Counted from the first letter of the stretch, positions 28,307-39,140 are shown. The stretch is DNA of 61,544 nucleotides from Thermoleophilia bacterium (GCA_014874265.1 JACWAM010000069.1:1-61544), one strand, 5' to 3'. Translations and numbers: made by a program. Notes: a model not told the origin generated them from the letters alone.

Positions 28307-28783
28307 ATGGATTGGGATGACATGCAATCAATGGGGGCGGCAGAGGGGAAAGCTGAGGCTGAGCTGGAGCAGCTGCTTAACGCCGTGATCCCGTTTGCTC
28401 AGCAGATGCTGTCCAAGCACGGAGAATTTAATCCGTTTGCCGCCGCCGTCAGCCGGGAAGGAAGGCTGAAGTTTATCGGCATCCCTCCCTATGAGCAGAA
28501 CAAGATCAACGAGGAGTTGATCGATAGCTTGCGGGAAACCCTGATCATTGGGGCCAGCAAGGGAGATTATCGCGCCACCGGCATCTGCTCTGACGTGAGT
28601 GTGGCGGTAACTGATGATGGCGAAAAAAGTGATGCCGTCCGCATCTCCCTGGAGCACCTCGATGGCCAGTCCATGAACGTCTTTCTGCCTTACAGGATGG
28701 ATCCCGCCGGGGAGATCGAATACGGCGAGATTTTCGCGTCGGTTACCGACCCGGTAGTGTTTCTGCGCAGGTTTAACGATTAG
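28307..28783 (+). CDS. Hypothetical protein
   Basis: 158-aa ORF filling the gap, globular-looking composition (FAQQML..GEF.PF, LEH...VFLPY); no function recognised. Confidence 0.7.
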   Translation: MDWDDMQSMGAAEGKAEAELEQLLNAVIPFAQQMLSKHGEFNPFAAAVSREGRLKFIGIPPYEQNKINEELIDSLRETLIIGASKGDYRATGICSDVSVAVTDDGEKSDAVRISLEHLDGQSMNVFLPYRMDPAGEIEYGEIFASVTDPVVFLRRFND

Positions 28784-28881
28784 AATCTGTCTCAAAGGAT
28801 TACTCGCTACGAGTCAAACCGGGCCAGCCGTGAACGGGCGGGTGCTTTTTTCGATGAATAATGATGCCGCCGGGAACGAAT

Positions 28882-29676
28882 ATGGCAGAAAGCAATAACA
28901 AGATCAGGGTCATCGTCATCGGCGCCTCGGGGCGCATGGGCCGCACCGTCTGCGAGGCGGTGGCGGCGGAGGACGATCTGAAGCTTACGGCAGCCGTCGA
29001 CAGCGCCCTTGGAAATGATGAGGCCCGGCCGGAATTTCCGTTTGCCGGCGTGCCCCTGTACCCGTCGTTGATAGACTGCCTTGCGAGCGAGAGCGTCGAC
29101 GTAGCCGTGGACTTCACGGTCCCGGCGTCAGTTTTTGAAAATATTTTGTCATGTCTCAGTCATGAGGTTAACTGTGTGGTCGGCACCACCGGTTTAACCG
29201 GCGCGCAGCTGGTTGAGATAGAGCGGCAATGCCAGCAAAGCGGCGCCAGCTGCCTGGTGGCGCCGAACTTTGCCATCGGCGCGGTGCTGATGATGGATAT
29301 CGCCCAGGTTGTGGCCCGGTATATGCCGTACTGTGAGATTACGGAGCTGCACCATGACAAAAAGCTGGATGCTCCTTCAGGGACTGCTCTCAGGACGGCG
29401 GAGATGATCTCGGCCGCCCGCCTCGATTGCCCGGATGTCCCCGGTCCTGAAGGCAGTGTGGCGCGAGGGCTCAACCATCGGGGCATCCCCATTCACAGCG
29501 TCCGGCTTCCCGGACTGGTTGCTCACCAGGAGATCGTCTTCGGCGGTCAGGGGCAGACGCTCACGATCAGGCACGATTCCATTTCGAGAGAGTCTTTTAT
29601 GCCGGGTGTGCTCCTGGCGGTCAGGCGGGTTTTGGAGCTCGACGGCCTGGCGGTCGGGCTGGAGAAGGTCATGTAA
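28882..29676 (+). CDS. dapB: 4-hydroxy-tetrahydrodipicolinate reductase
   Basis: IGASGRMG, VVGTTG, ELHHDKKLDAPSGTA, HSVRLPG. Confidence 0.95.
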   Translation: MAESNNKIRVIVIGASGRMGRTVCEAVAAEDDLKLTAAVDSALGNDEARPEFPFAGVPLYPSLIDCLASESVDVAVDFTVPASVFENILSCLSHEVNCVVGTTGLTGAQLVEIERQCQQSGASCLVAPNFAIGAVLMMDIAQVVARYMPYCEITELHHDKKLDAPSGTALRTAEMISAARLDCPDVPGPEGSVARGLNHRGIPIHSVRLPGLVAHQEIVFGGQGQTLTIRHDSISRESFMPGVLLAVRRVLELDGLAVGLEKVM

Positions 29677-29760
29677 AAATGGGATAATAAGCCTCAGCAT
29701 AAGCTCGGGTTTTTGGTAACCGATTGCATATGCGCCACCGGAATTTTTTAACTTTTAACT

Positions 29761-30639
29761 ATGAGTCTATTCGGCGACATACTTACGGCGATGGTGACCG
29801 CCCTGAACGAAGACGGGTCGGTGAATTATGACGTCACCGCCGGATTGGCGGAGCATCTGGTGGAAAACGGGTCCGACGGACTTGTGGTCTGCGGTACTAC
29901 CGGTGAGTCTCCGACGCTGACGGACGATGAGAAGGTGCGGCTGTTTGAGGTGGTGCGGGAAGCAGTCGGCGGCCGCGCATTCATCATCGCCGGCACGGGC
30001 TCCAATGACACCGCCCACAGTGTTGAGCTTACCCGGCGCGCCGCGGGCGCCGGTGTCGATGGTATTCTGGCCGTCACCCCCTATTACAACAAGCCGCCGG
30101 TAGCCGGCGTCATCGCTCACTTCCAGGCTATTGCCGCCGCCGCCGATCTGCCGGTGATTCTCTATAACATTCCCGGCCGGACGGCTCTAAACATAGAGCC
30201 GGAAACGCTGGCGACGTTAGGGGAAACCCCAAATATCGTGGCGGTAAAGCAGGCCAATCCTGATCTGGGGCAATCCAGGCGGGTGGCGGAGATCTCCGAC
30301 ATGGGCATATACGCCGGAAACGATGACATGCTGTTCCCGTTGCTCGAATATGGCGCCTGGGGCGGCATTTGCGTTGCCTCGCATCTGGCCGGCGCGCAGA
30401 TGAAGAAGATGGTGGAGCTGTTCCGGGCCGGAAACGGGGAGGAGGCCTGCACTATCGATGATTCGCTGACGCCGCTTTACGAAGCCATGTTCGTGACCAC
30501 AAATCCGATTCCCATCAAAGCAGCGCTGAACCTGCTTGGCCATCATGTTGGCGGCTTGCGCCTGCCGCTGGTTCCGGCCACCGAAGCTGAGACAGCGCGC
30601 ATCCGCGAGGCCCTGGCGGCGAGGGCGCTAATCGGCTAG
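29761..30639 (+). CDS. dapA: 4-hydroxy-tetrahydrodipicolinate synthase
   Basis: GTTGES, PYYNKP, LYNIPGRT, VAVKQA (Schiff-base Lys). Confidence 0.96.
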   Translation: MSLFGDILTAMVTALNEDGSVNYDVTAGLAEHLVENGSDGLVVCGTTGESPTLTDDEKVRLFEVVREAVGGRAFIIAGTGSNDTAHSVELTRRAAGAGVDGILAVTPYYNKPPVAGVIAHFQAIAAAADLPVILYNIPGRTALNIEPETLATLGETPNIVAVKQANPDLGQSRRVAEISDMGIYAGNDDMLFPLLEYGAWGGICVASHLAGAQMKKMVELFRAGNGEEACTIDDSLTPLYEAMFVTTNPIPIKAALNLLGHHVGGLRLPLVPATEAETARIREALAARALIG

Positions 30640-30811
30640 AGCCCCGGCGATTCCAAAGGCCCGTCCAGCCCCGCAGGAATAACCCCGGAAGCAGCGAAAA
30701 TCTATTACAAGAAACATTTTGATTTTGGCAAATCTTAAGAATCGGATCGCTTGCGATCCCGTTTGGGCGTGCCTGTCTGGCAGGCGCGGCGGAGGCTGAA
30801 GGAACAGATAG

Positions 30812-32479
30812 ATGGCAGAAACTGAATCCAGATTGAGAATCATCCCCCTGGGCGGGCTCGGCGAAATCGGGAAGAATATGATGGTGTTCGATTTCGACGG
30901 CCGCCTGCTTGTCATCGATGCCGGCCTGGCGTTTCCCCGGGACGAAGTTCTTGGCATCGACCTGATGATTCCGGACTTTACCTTCCTCCGGGAGCGGGCA
31001 GACGCGGTCGAGGCGGTTCTGCTCACTCACGGCCATGAAGATCACGTGGGGGCGCTTCCCTTCCTTCTGCGGGAGATGAACGTTCCGGTTTACGGCACCA
31101 AGCTGACGCTTGGCCTGGTCCGGAACAAACTGGAGGAGCACGGGCTGGCCGGAGCCGCCGACCTGCGCGAGATCGAGCCGGGAAAACCGGAAGAAATCGG
31201 CCCGTTTCACTGCGAGTTTATTCATGTGACCCACAGCATTCCTGACGGCGTGGCGGTGGCGGTGAAGACGCCGGTGGGCACCGTGGTACATAGCGGTGAT
31301 TTCAAGCTGGACCCGAATCCTATCGACCGGAAGCGCACCGATCTCGGCAAATTTGGAGAGCTTGGCATCCAGGGAGTGACGCTGCTTCTTTCCGATAGCA
31401 CCAACGCCGAAGTCGGCGGCGTCACCGCGCCGGAAAAATCAGTCGGCAAGACCCTGGATGAGATATTTACCCTGGCGCCGGGACGTATCATCGTGGCTTC
31501 CTTTGCCTCACACATCCACAGGATCCAGCAGATTGTCAATGCCGCCCGGCGCCACCGGCGTCGGCTGGCGGTCGTCGGCCGGTCCATGGTCAGGAACGTC
31601 CAGATTGCCCGCGAGCTCGGATACCTGGATGTCCCTGAGGAGATGCTCATCTCGCTGGGAGACATCGATAACTTCAAGCCTCGCAAGGTTGTGATACTTT
31701 CCAGTGGCAGCCAGGGCGAGCCGCTGTCGGCGCTGACGCGGATGGCCTATAACGACCACAAAAAGGTAAAGCTTCAGGCCGACGACACGGTCGTCATCTC
31801 CGCGCGGCCGGTTCCCGGCAATGAGCTGAGCGTGCACCAGGTGATCAATCGCCTGTTCAAGGCGGGCGCTAATGTCATTTACGAGGCGGTGGCGCCGGTG
31901 CATGTATCCGGCCACGCGGCCAGGGAAGAGCTGAAGATGCTCATCAACCTGACGCAGCCGGAGTTTTTCATCCCGATTCACGGCGAGTACCGCCACCTGC
32001 ATTTTCACAAGGAGCTCGCGGAAGAAATGGGCATGGACAGTCGCCGGATCATCATGGCGGCCAACGGAGACGTGATTGAGCTGTCCGGCGGGAAGGTTAA
32101 AATTGTGGACACGATCGAGGCCGGCATTGCTTACGTGGACGGCCTGACCGTGGGCGACATTCATGATGTAACCCTGCGCGACCGCAAGAAGCTGTCCCGG
32201 GACGGCTCCATCATTGTGGTTCTGCCGGTGAGCGAGCAGGATGGCTCCCCGGTTGCGAAGCCGGAGATATTCACCAAGGGGTTTGTCTACATGGGAAGCC
32301 GCAAAGAACTGATGAGAGAGGTGTCGAGGATGGTGGACGACATTATCGGGGACAGCGCCAGCCACGGTATTACCGATCCGGGTCTGCTGCAGGAGCACAT
32401 CCATGATCGCCTGGCCCGGTTCATTTACAGGAAAACAAAGAAACGGCCGCTCATCATTGCGGTTGTGGTAGAAGTCTAA
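30812..32479 (+). CDS. rnj: Ribonuclease J
   Basis: PLGGLGEIGKN, THGHEDHVGA, GSQGEP, HVSGHA. Confidence 0.96.
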   Translation: MAETESRLRIIPLGGLGEIGKNMMVFDFDGRLLVIDAGLAFPRDEVLGIDLMIPDFTFLRERADAVEAVLLTHGHEDHVGALPFLLREMNVPVYGTKLTLGLVRNKLEEHGLAGAADLREIEPGKPEEIGPFHCEFIHVTHSIPDGVAVAVKTPVGTVVHSGDFKLDPNPIDRKRTDLGKFGELGIQGVTLLLSDSTNAEVGGVTAPEKSVGKTLDEIFTLAPGRIIVASFASHIHRIQQIVNAARRHRRRLAVVGRSMVRNVQIARELGYLDVPEEMLISLGDIDNFKPRKVVILSSGSQGEPLSALTRMAYNDHKKVKLQADDTVVISARPVPGNELSVHQVINRLFKAGANVIYEAVAPVHVSGHAAREELKMLINLTQPEFFIPIHGEYRHLHFHKELAEEMGMDSRRIIMAANGDVIELSGGKVKIVDTIEAGIAYVDGLTVGDIHDVTLRDRKKLSRDGSIIVVLPVSEQDGSPVAKPEIFTKGFVYMGSRKELMREVSRMVDDIIGDSASHGITDPGLLQEHIHDRLARFIYRKTKKRPLIIAVVVEV

Positions 32480-32540
32480 AAGCGGACGTTGGACTTTGGA
32501 TGCTGGATTTTGGATAAATCCCAAAATGCGATGAAAGCCA

Positions 32541-35003
32541 ATGGCGAAGACCGCTAGATACCGCAAAAAGCCGGCCGGCCGGTCTGGCAGGGGGAAGAAA
32601 AAAGGGAAAAAGGACGCCTTCCTTGACCGCCGCCTCCGGGAGTTTGGCGGCCTGGCAATGGCGACAGCCGGCTGCTTCGTGGCGCTGGTCCTGTACCTGG
32701 GCTGGTCGGGTGGGCTGGCCGGAATTTTCCTGGAAGATCTTCTTCGCTATCTCTTTGGCGTGTTTGTCTTCCTGAGCCCGCTGGCTTTCATTGGCGGCGG
32801 CCTGATGATGATCTTTCCTGACGCGCCCCTGGGCCCGAGAGGGGTGAGGGCAGGCGCGGCCATGTTTCTGGCGGGGTTGTTCCTGGCCGCCGGCGCCAAC
32901 ATTTTTTCAATCCTCGGCAGTTCTCCGGCGCACCACGGTTTTTTTGACAGCGCCTATGTTCCGGCACATGGAGGCGTTGCCGGCGACGCGCTTTACTGGG
33001 TCACGTCTTCGCTTGCCGGCGACGTGGGCAGCACCATCGCGGCTGTCTTCCTGCTTCTGTCCGCGGCTTTTCTGATTACCGGCGCGTCGGTCAGAACGGT
33101 GCTGCTGACTTCCGGAAGGCACGCGCGCATGGCGGCGGGCGGAGCGCGCCGGACGACGGTTCATATGGGGCATAATCTTGCTGAGCGCCGGGCCCGGGCC
33201 GGGGAAGCGGCTGCGGCGGCAGGCACCGTCGGATCTTTTGACGCCGGGGGACCTGCGGGAGCGCCGGCAGTCCCCTTCGGGGTGGGGCCTGCCGCGGTAA
33301 CGGAACGGCCGGTGGGTGACAGCCCCCTGAATGGCGCCGAAACCTTTCCCGATCTCTTCGAGCCGGCAAAGCAGGCCGTGGCTGTGATCGAGGCGCCCGA
33401 AGCAGTAGAAACGGCGCCCCGGGATGACGGCTGGATGCCGGGTGTGGAAAGCGGCGACGGCGTCCAGGGAGAGCTGTTTCCGGTAGCGGGCGCGACCGGG
33501 GTTAGTTATACCCCGCCCCATTCGGATTTGCTGCGAAAAAGCGGCTCCGATAAGCAGATTGCCGGAGAGAGCTTCGACAGGATCAGCCGGGTGCTGGTTG
33601 AGACATTGGCAAGTTTTGGCATCGAAGCCCGGGTGGCCGGGACGGTCTCCGGGCCGCGGGTAACGCGCTACGAGCTCCAGCTGGCTCCGGGGATAAAAGT
33701 TTCCCGGGTCACAAATCTGAAAAATGACATTGCCTACGCCCTGGCGACTACGGATATTCGCATCCTGGCGCCGATCCCGGGGAAATCCGCCGTGGGGGTG
33801 GAGGTGCCGAACACCAGTCCGAACCTCGTTACTCTGGGCGACATCTACCGGGATTTTCCCGCCGGCAGCGGCCACCTGATGGTCTGGCTGGGCAAGGACA
33901 TCGCCGGGAAGCCTGTGTATACGGATCTGGCGATGATGCCGCATTTGCTCGTGGCCGGCACCACCGGCTCCGGCAAGAGCGGCTGCATCAACTGCATGAT
34001 TTCTTCGGTTCTCCTGCGGAGTACTCCCGATGAGGTGGGAATGATCCTGATCGATCCCAAGCGGGTGGAGCTGAACCACTTCGAAGGCATCCCGCACCTG
34101 CTGACCCCGGTTGTGACTGTGATGAAGGACGCCGCCAACGTGCTGGCCAACCTGGTGCAGGAGATGGAATCGCGTTACAGCCAGATGCAGCTGGTGAAGG
34201 CGCGCCATCTGGACGAGCTGAACCGTGTCCGGGGCCTGCGGGGACAGAAGCCGCTGCCGTTTATTCTGCTTGTTGTTGACGAACTTGCCGATCTGATGAT
34301 GGTGGCGCCCGGAGAGGTGGAGGACGCGATCATCCGCCTGGCGCAAAAATCACGGGCGGTGGGAATTCACCTCGTACTGGCGACACAGCGGCCCTCCGTG
34401 GACGTTATTACCGGCATGATCAAGGCCAACGTCCCGTCCCGGATCGCCTTCGCCGTGTCTTCACAGATTGATTCCCGGGTCATCCTTGATGCAACTGGCG
34501 CCGAGAGCCTTCTGGGCCAGGGCGACATGCTTTTCCGGCCACTAGGCTCCTCGCAGCTGCAAAGGATTCAGGGCGCCTATGTCTCGGAGGAAGAGGTCAA
34601 GCTGCTGACGGATCGCTGCCGCAGCCAGAAATCGCCAGACTTTCGCTACGAGCTGCTCGAGGGCAAGGAGGCTGATGATGAAGAAAGCCTGCCTCCGGAT
34701 GAGGACGATCTCCTTCCCGAGGCCATGCAGCTGGTAGTGTCTACCGGCACCGCGTCGGTTTCATTTCTGCAGCGGCGCCTCCGGGTTGGATACACCAGGG
34801 CCGGCCGGCTCATTGATATGCTGGAGAAGCGAGGTGTCATCAGCGGCTACGAGGGTAGCAAACCGCGGCGGGTGCTGATGAGCGAAGATGCTCTGGCGCA
34901 GCTTCTGTCCGGCGGGGGAGAGCGGCGCCGGCCGGAAGCAGCCGGCAACGGCAGCGACGTACAATCTGCGGGAGATGACGGCGGCGGCCAGTCCGGTTGG
35001 TGA
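32541..35003 (+). CDS. ftsK: DNA translocase FtsK/SpoIIIE
   Basis: N-terminal TMs, PHLLVAGTTGSGKS, LATQRPS, LQRRLRVGYTRAGRLID (gamma domain). Confidence 0.96.
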   Translation: MAKTARYRKKPAGRSGRGKKKGKKDAFLDRRLREFGGLAMATAGCFVALVLYLGWSGGLAGIFLEDLLRYLFGVFVFLSPLAFIGGGLMMIFPDAPLGPRGVRAGAAMFLAGLFLAAGANIFSILGSSPAHHGFFDSAYVPAHGGVAGDALYWVTSSLAGDVGSTIAAVFLLLSAAFLITGASVRTVLLTSGRHARMAAGGARRTTVHMGHNLAERRARAGEAAAAAGTVGSFDAGGPAGAPAVPFGVGPAAVTERPVGDSPLNGAETFPDLFEPAKQAVAVIEAPEAVETAPRDDGWMPGVESGDGVQGELFPVAGATGVSYTPPHSDLLRKSGSDKQIAGESFDRISRVLVETLASFGIEARVAGTVSGPRVTRYELQLAPGIKVSRVTNLKNDIAYALATTDIRILAPIPGKSAVGVEVPNTSPNLVTLGDIYRDFPAGSGHLMVWLGKDIAGKPVYTDLAMMPHLLVAGTTGSGKSGCINCMISSVLLRSTPDEVGMILIDPKRVELNHFEGIPHLLTPVVTVMKDAANVLANLVQEMESRYSQMQLVKARHLDELNRVRGLRGQKPLPFILLVVDELADLMMVAPGEVEDAIIRLAQKSRAVGIHLVLATQRPSVDVITGMIKANVPSRIAFAVSSQIDSRVILDATGAESLLGQGDMLFRPLGSSQLQRIQGAYVSEEEVKLLTDRCRSQKSPDFRYELLEGKEADDEESLPPDEDDLLPEAMQLVVSTGTASVSFLQRRLRVGYTRAGRLIDMLEKRGVISGYEGSKPRRVLMSEDALAQLLSGGGERRRPEAAGNGSDVQSAGDDGGGQSGW

Positions 35004-35053
35004 TCTCTCAAAATCCAAACTTTCGAACAATTTAGTCAGGAAGCTTAGTAACT

Positions 35054-35125
35054 TGTCATTCCAGGGGAGCAAAGTGACGAGGAATCTGTTTTAGGAGCAG
35101 ATCCCTCACTCCGCTTTGGATGATA
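35054..35125. repeat. Degenerate TGTCAT...ATGACA palindromic REP-like element, copy 3
   Basis: TGTCATTCCAGGGGAGC...GAGGAATCT left arm and AGATCCCTCACTCCGCTTTGGATGATA right arm. Confidence 0.6.
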
Positions 35126-35169
35126 TTCTTAAAGTAACCTGATTCGTTCGTATGGTCAGCATAGCTTAA

Positions 35170-36714
35170 ATGCGCAAATTATCCTCCAGATTAACTTCCC
35201 ATCCGGCGGCGTCAGGCGGCGCGGCTGTCGGCATCGCCTTCCTGGCTCTTTATACGTACACGCTGGCTCCCGATGTCCTCGGGCATGACTCCGGCGACTG
35301 GGAAGCTGCCGGCGCCCTTCTCGGCCTAAGCCATTCGCCCGGGTCGCCGGCATACACGATCATCGGATGGCTTTTTTCCCGGGTGCCGATTGGCAGCCTG
35401 GCAGCCCGCGTAAATTTTGTGTCCGCGGTGATAGGAGCCGCGGGCGTTGCCGCCGTTTTCGTCCTGATGTACATGCTGGTGAGGCACTGGCTGCCGGCGC
35501 TGATCTCTGCCGTCACCCTTGGAGTCGCGGGCCTCTGGTGGTCGCAGGCGTCGGTGGCCGAGCCCTACAATTCAGTACCGGCGGCCATCGCCGTCCTGCT
35601 GATTCTACTGCTTCTCTGGCACCGGAACGGCACCGTCAAACTTGTCTGGGCAGGCGCGCTGATCATCGGGGTCGAGCTGGCGTATCATCCGACGCTGCTA
35701 TATTTCACTCCTGTGCTTCTCGCCGGGGTTATTGTTCTGGGACCCTGGCGGAAATTGCTCAGCATAAAAGGGGTGGCGCCGGTCGTGGTGCTGCTGATCG
35801 CGGGTTTGAGCATCTATGCCTATCTGCCGATCCGGAGCGCTTTGAACCCGCCGGTGTTCACCGAGAAAATTGGTTCTTTGACTGGACTATGGATGTTTGT
35901 GACGGTCAGAGAAGCCCGCACCACCGGTTCTTTCGGCGTTCATGTTCCCGGGATTACCGAGATTCGCGCCCGCCTCTCAGAGTTGATGCTGCAGGGTTAT
36001 CTGCCTCCCTTTGTTTTTCTTGTTTTTGGCCCGGCGCTGACTCTTCTTTATCCGAAGGTACTGTCGCGGCTTAGAGCAAGCCGGCGTTTCCTTTTGTTTC
36101 TCCTGGGAGGAGGAATATTTCACATTATCGTGATTTTCGCGATCAGCGGCGTCTTTATTCAGTACTACATGCCGCTGCTGCTTTATTTTGCCATCTGGAC
36201 CGGGTTTTCCATGTATCTGATCATGGTTGTTGCGGATGCCTACCTGCCCCGGGAAAAACTGCGCCTGATTCCGGTTGTGGCCCTGGCGGCGGTGTATTTT
36301 GTCTTTCTGGCGCTGGGAGTGCATCAAGTATGGCCTTTTGTTAACCACCGCCAGGACCGAGGGATGCGGGATTTCAGCAACTTTGTCTTTAAGAATGCTC
36401 AGCCGGGGGCTGTAATTCTGGCCAACTGGGAGTCTTACACCGGGTTGATCTACGCTCAAAAAGTAGATGGTCAGGGGCGGGACGTAACCATTGAGGCGGT
36501 GTCGCAGGATGCCTGGCGGAGCGTTCTGCCGCGCATCAGGGCGCAGCATCCCGGCGCTGAGATCATGCTGGCGCGGACGCTGCCCTTTAATGATAGCAGC
36601 GGCACCAGTAAAATTGGCTCCTGGTTCTTTATTGAGGTCAAAGGACGGACATACCAGGATCAGAAACATGGAACCCCCGGGCCGGCATCGGTGGAGCTGT
36701 ACCGGGTGCAATAA
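35170..36714 (+). CDS. DUF2723 / TMEM260-like GT-C membrane protein (putative protein glycosyltransferase)
   Basis: TLAPDV.GHDSGDW...LGLSHSPGSP.Y N-terminal motif, AEPY, YLPIRS; about 11 TMs. Confidence 0.8.
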   Translation: MRKLSSRLTSHPAASGGAAVGIAFLALYTYTLAPDVLGHDSGDWEAAGALLGLSHSPGSPAYTIIGWLFSRVPIGSLAARVNFVSAVIGAAGVAAVFVLMYMLVRHWLPALISAVTLGVAGLWWSQASVAEPYNSVPAAIAVLLILLLLWHRNGTVKLVWAGALIIGVELAYHPTLLYFTPVLLAGVIVLGPWRKLLSIKGVAPVVVLLIAGLSIYAYLPIRSALNPPVFTEKIGSLTGLWMFVTVREARTTGSFGVHVPGITEIRARLSELMLQGYLPPFVFLVFGPALTLLYPKVLSRLRASRRFLLFLLGGGIFHIIVIFAISGVFIQYYMPLLLYFAIWTGFSMYLIMVVADAYLPREKLRLIPVVALAAVYFVFLALGVHQVWPFVNHRQDRGMRDFSNFVFKNAQPGAVILANWESYTGLIYAQKVDGQGRDVTIEAVSQDAWRSVLPRIRAQHPGAEIMLARTLPFNDSSGTSKIGSWFFIEVKGRTYQDQKHGTPGPASVELYRVQ

Positions 36715-36813
36715 GCACAGCGGCTGCTAAGCAAAAACCGCGCGGACGGTTTTAACTCCTCCCAATTGGGAAATAAGTCGTGCAAAATATCACCAAGGCA
36801 GAGAGGTTCTGCA

Positions 36814-38025
36814 ATGACCCTGACCTGGAAGACAGGCAAACGGAAGGTGCTGGACGGCGCCGGGCTCGGTAGGGTCCTGGCTCACATATTACCCGGTATT
36901 GTTTTCTTGGCGCTGCTTGCCGCCCCTGGCTGCAGCATTGGCGGCTCCAGTTCCAATCCCTCTTCCCCGGCGAAAACGGTCACGGTAGCAACAGCGCCGG
37001 CGGCCGGACCGGCGCCGCTGGCGGTACCGGCGTCGGGATTTACGACAGCAATAGCAAAAGTAGTCCAACAGGTTAAACCAGCTGTGGTGCAGATCACCAA
37101 TGAGCAGACAACTGCGGGGCAGTTTAACCAGCCGTTCACGGTTCCCACGGGTGTCGGATCGGGGGTCATTTACGACTCCGCGGGACATATCCTCACCAAT
37201 GATCATGTAATCACCGGCGCTCAAAAAATACTGGTCACTCTGCCTGACGGGCGCAACTTCAACGGGAAGATTATCGGCGGTGACAGCAAGACTGACGTCG
37301 CCGTGGTCCAGATAACCGGGAGCAGCCTGCCGGTCGCCATTCTCGGGGACGCCAACAAGATGCAGGTGGGCGACTGGGTGGTGGCGATCGGGAATGCGCT
37401 GGCTTTGCCGGGGGGCCCTACTGTCACCAAGGGCGTCATCAGCGCCCTGAACCGAACGGTGCAGGAGCCGGGAAACTCAACGACCCCTTCACAGCAGCCA
37501 ACCGTTCAGGGACCTTATCTCTTCAATGTGATCCAGACGGACGCGCCGATCAATCCCGGCAATTCCGGGGGACCGCTGGTCAACCTGGCCGGACAGGTCA
37601 TCGGTTTGAACACGCTGGTTGCCGATAGTACTTCCAGTGGGGGGCAGGCCGAAGGAATCGGATTTGCCATCTCGATCAATACGGCGGTCCAAATCGCACA
37701 GCAACTGGTAACGACCGGCAAAGTCATCCATCCCTATCTTGGCATAACATATCAGCCTCTCAACGCGGTGGTTGCTTCCGAACTGGGAATTCCGACAAAC
37801 CAGGGCGTGCTGGTGGAGCAGGTGGCGTCCGGATCGCCGGCGGCCGCTGATGACGCAATCAAGGTCCAGGATGTCATCACCGCCGTTGACGGCAATGCTC
37901 TGGTCAGCGATTCCGACCTGGCCCAGATCATCAACTCGCACAAGCCGGGTGACACCCTCATCTTGAGTGTTCTGAGGAACAACAAGAAGATTACGGTAAC
38001 CGTAAAGCTGGCAAAATCTCCGTAA
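36814..38025 (+). CDS. HtrA/DegP-like S1C serine protease with PDZ domain, probable lipoprotein
   Basis: GSGVIY, TNDHV, DVAVV, IQTDAPINPGNSGG; LAAPGC lipobox-like site; C-terminal PDZ. Confidence 0.92.
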   Translation: MTLTWKTGKRKVLDGAGLGRVLAHILPGIVFLALLAAPGCSIGGSSSNPSSPAKTVTVATAPAAGPAPLAVPASGFTTAIAKVVQQVKPAVVQITNEQTTAGQFNQPFTVPTGVGSGVIYDSAGHILTNDHVITGAQKILVTLPDGRNFNGKIIGGDSKTDVAVVQITGSSLPVAILGDANKMQVGDWVVAIGNALALPGGPTVTKGVISALNRTVQEPGNSTTPSQQPTVQGPYLFNVIQTDAPINPGNSGGPLVNLAGQVIGLNTLVADSTSSGGQAEGIGFAISINTAVQIAQQLVTTGKVIHPYLGITYQPLNAVVASELGIPTNQGVLVEQVASGSPAAADDAIKVQDVITAVDGNALVSDSDLAQIINSHKPGDTLILSVLRNNKKITVTVKLAKSP

Positions 38026-38063
38026 CGGCTGCGATCGGAATTAACCGGAAGGTCGTACGAGCG

Positions 38064-39098
38064 CTAACAGATCCGTGGCAGTTGTTCGCCCACGGGCATC
38101 CGGATGATCCTCAAGCCGCCCAGGACGGTGCGGGCAAAAACCCGAAAAGGGCCAGAGAACCCGGCTCCGGCGGCGGGATCAACCACCCGGCCGATAATCG
38201 CCGCTTCGGCGCCCAGGGGGTGGCTCCGCATCGCCGCCAGAACGGAACCGGCGTCATCCTCGGGAACGAAGGCCACGAGCTTTCCCTCATTGGCCAGGAG
38301 CAACGGATCAAGGCCAAACAGCTCGCAGGCGGCGCGCACTGACGGTTTCACCGGCAGCGTTTCTTCTTCGATTTCGATTGCCACCCCTGAGGCGGCGGCG
38401 ATTTCATTTAACGCCGCCGCCAGCCCGCCCCGGGTCGGGTCGCGCATCGCATGCACGCGGACGGAGGCCGCCAGCATCTCCCGGACGAGGCTGTTTAGCG
38501 GGGCACAATCACTTTTTAACATTGAATCAAATTCGAGCCCCTGCCGGCAGCTGAGGATGGCGACGCCGTGGTCTCCCAGGGTGCCGCTTAGGATGACGGC
38601 GTCCCCCGGACGGGCGCCGCGGCCGCTTGGGCTGACGCCCTCAGGAATCAGGCCGATGCCGCTGGTGGTGATAAAGACACCGTCGGCGGCCCCTCTTTCG
38701 ACGACCTTGGTATCGCCTGTCACTACCTCGACTTTTGCTTCGCCGGCAGTTGCCCGCATTGATTCCGTTATCAGCTTGAGCGTGTGGAGCGGGAGTCCTT
38801 CCTCAATGACAACGCCAAGAGCGATGTAGAGTGGAGTCGCGCCCATCACCGCCAGGTCGTTGACCGTACCGGTGACCGACAGGCGGCCGATATCTCCACC
38901 GGGGAAAAAAAGAGGAGAGACTACGTGCCCGTCGATGGTAAAGGCCAGCCGGCCTTGCACTTCCAGGCAGGCGGCGTCGTCCAACCGGTTCAGGATATTA
39001 TTTGCGAGCGCGCTGCTGAAAACTGATTCGACCAGTTCCCTGCCGAGCCGGCCGCCGCTGCCATGCGCCATCTGCACTGTTTCCGTATCATGCGTCAT
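38064..39098 (-). CDS. hypE: Hydrogenase maturation carbamoyl dehydratase HypE
   Basis: MAHGSGG, GGDIGRL, RDPTRGG, terminal LPRIC. Confidence 0.97.
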   Translation of the reverse strand: MTHDTETVQMAHGSGGRLGRELVESVFSSALANNILNRLDDAACLEVQGRLAFTIDGHVVSPLFFPGGDIGRLSVTGTVNDLAVMGATPLYIALGVVIEEGLPLHTLKLITESMRATAGEAKVEVVTGDTKVVERGAADGVFITTSGIGLIPEGVSPSGRGARPGDAVILSGTLGDHGVAILSCRQGLEFDSMLKSDCAPLNSLVREMLAASVRVHAMRDPTRGGLAAALNEIAAASGVAIEIEEETLPVKPSVRAACELFGLDPLLLANEGKLVAFVPEDDAGSVLAAMRSHPLGAEAAIIGRVVDPAAGAGFSGPFRVFARTVLGGLRIIRMPVGEQLPRIC

Positions 39099-39140
39099 TG
39101 TTTGAAAAACGGCGTCATGCTCTTATTAATGACAACTTAA

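Noticed and set aside
28784-28881. Lysine riboswitch upstream of dapB
   Set aside because: The spacer is ~100 nt, too short, and lacks the conserved core.
32907-34346. 479-aa antisense ORF over ftsK (also 31508-32566, 47009-47908, 54271-55116, 57443-58384)
   Set aside because: Shadow ORFs of GC-rich, clearly identified genes; no recognisable motifs.
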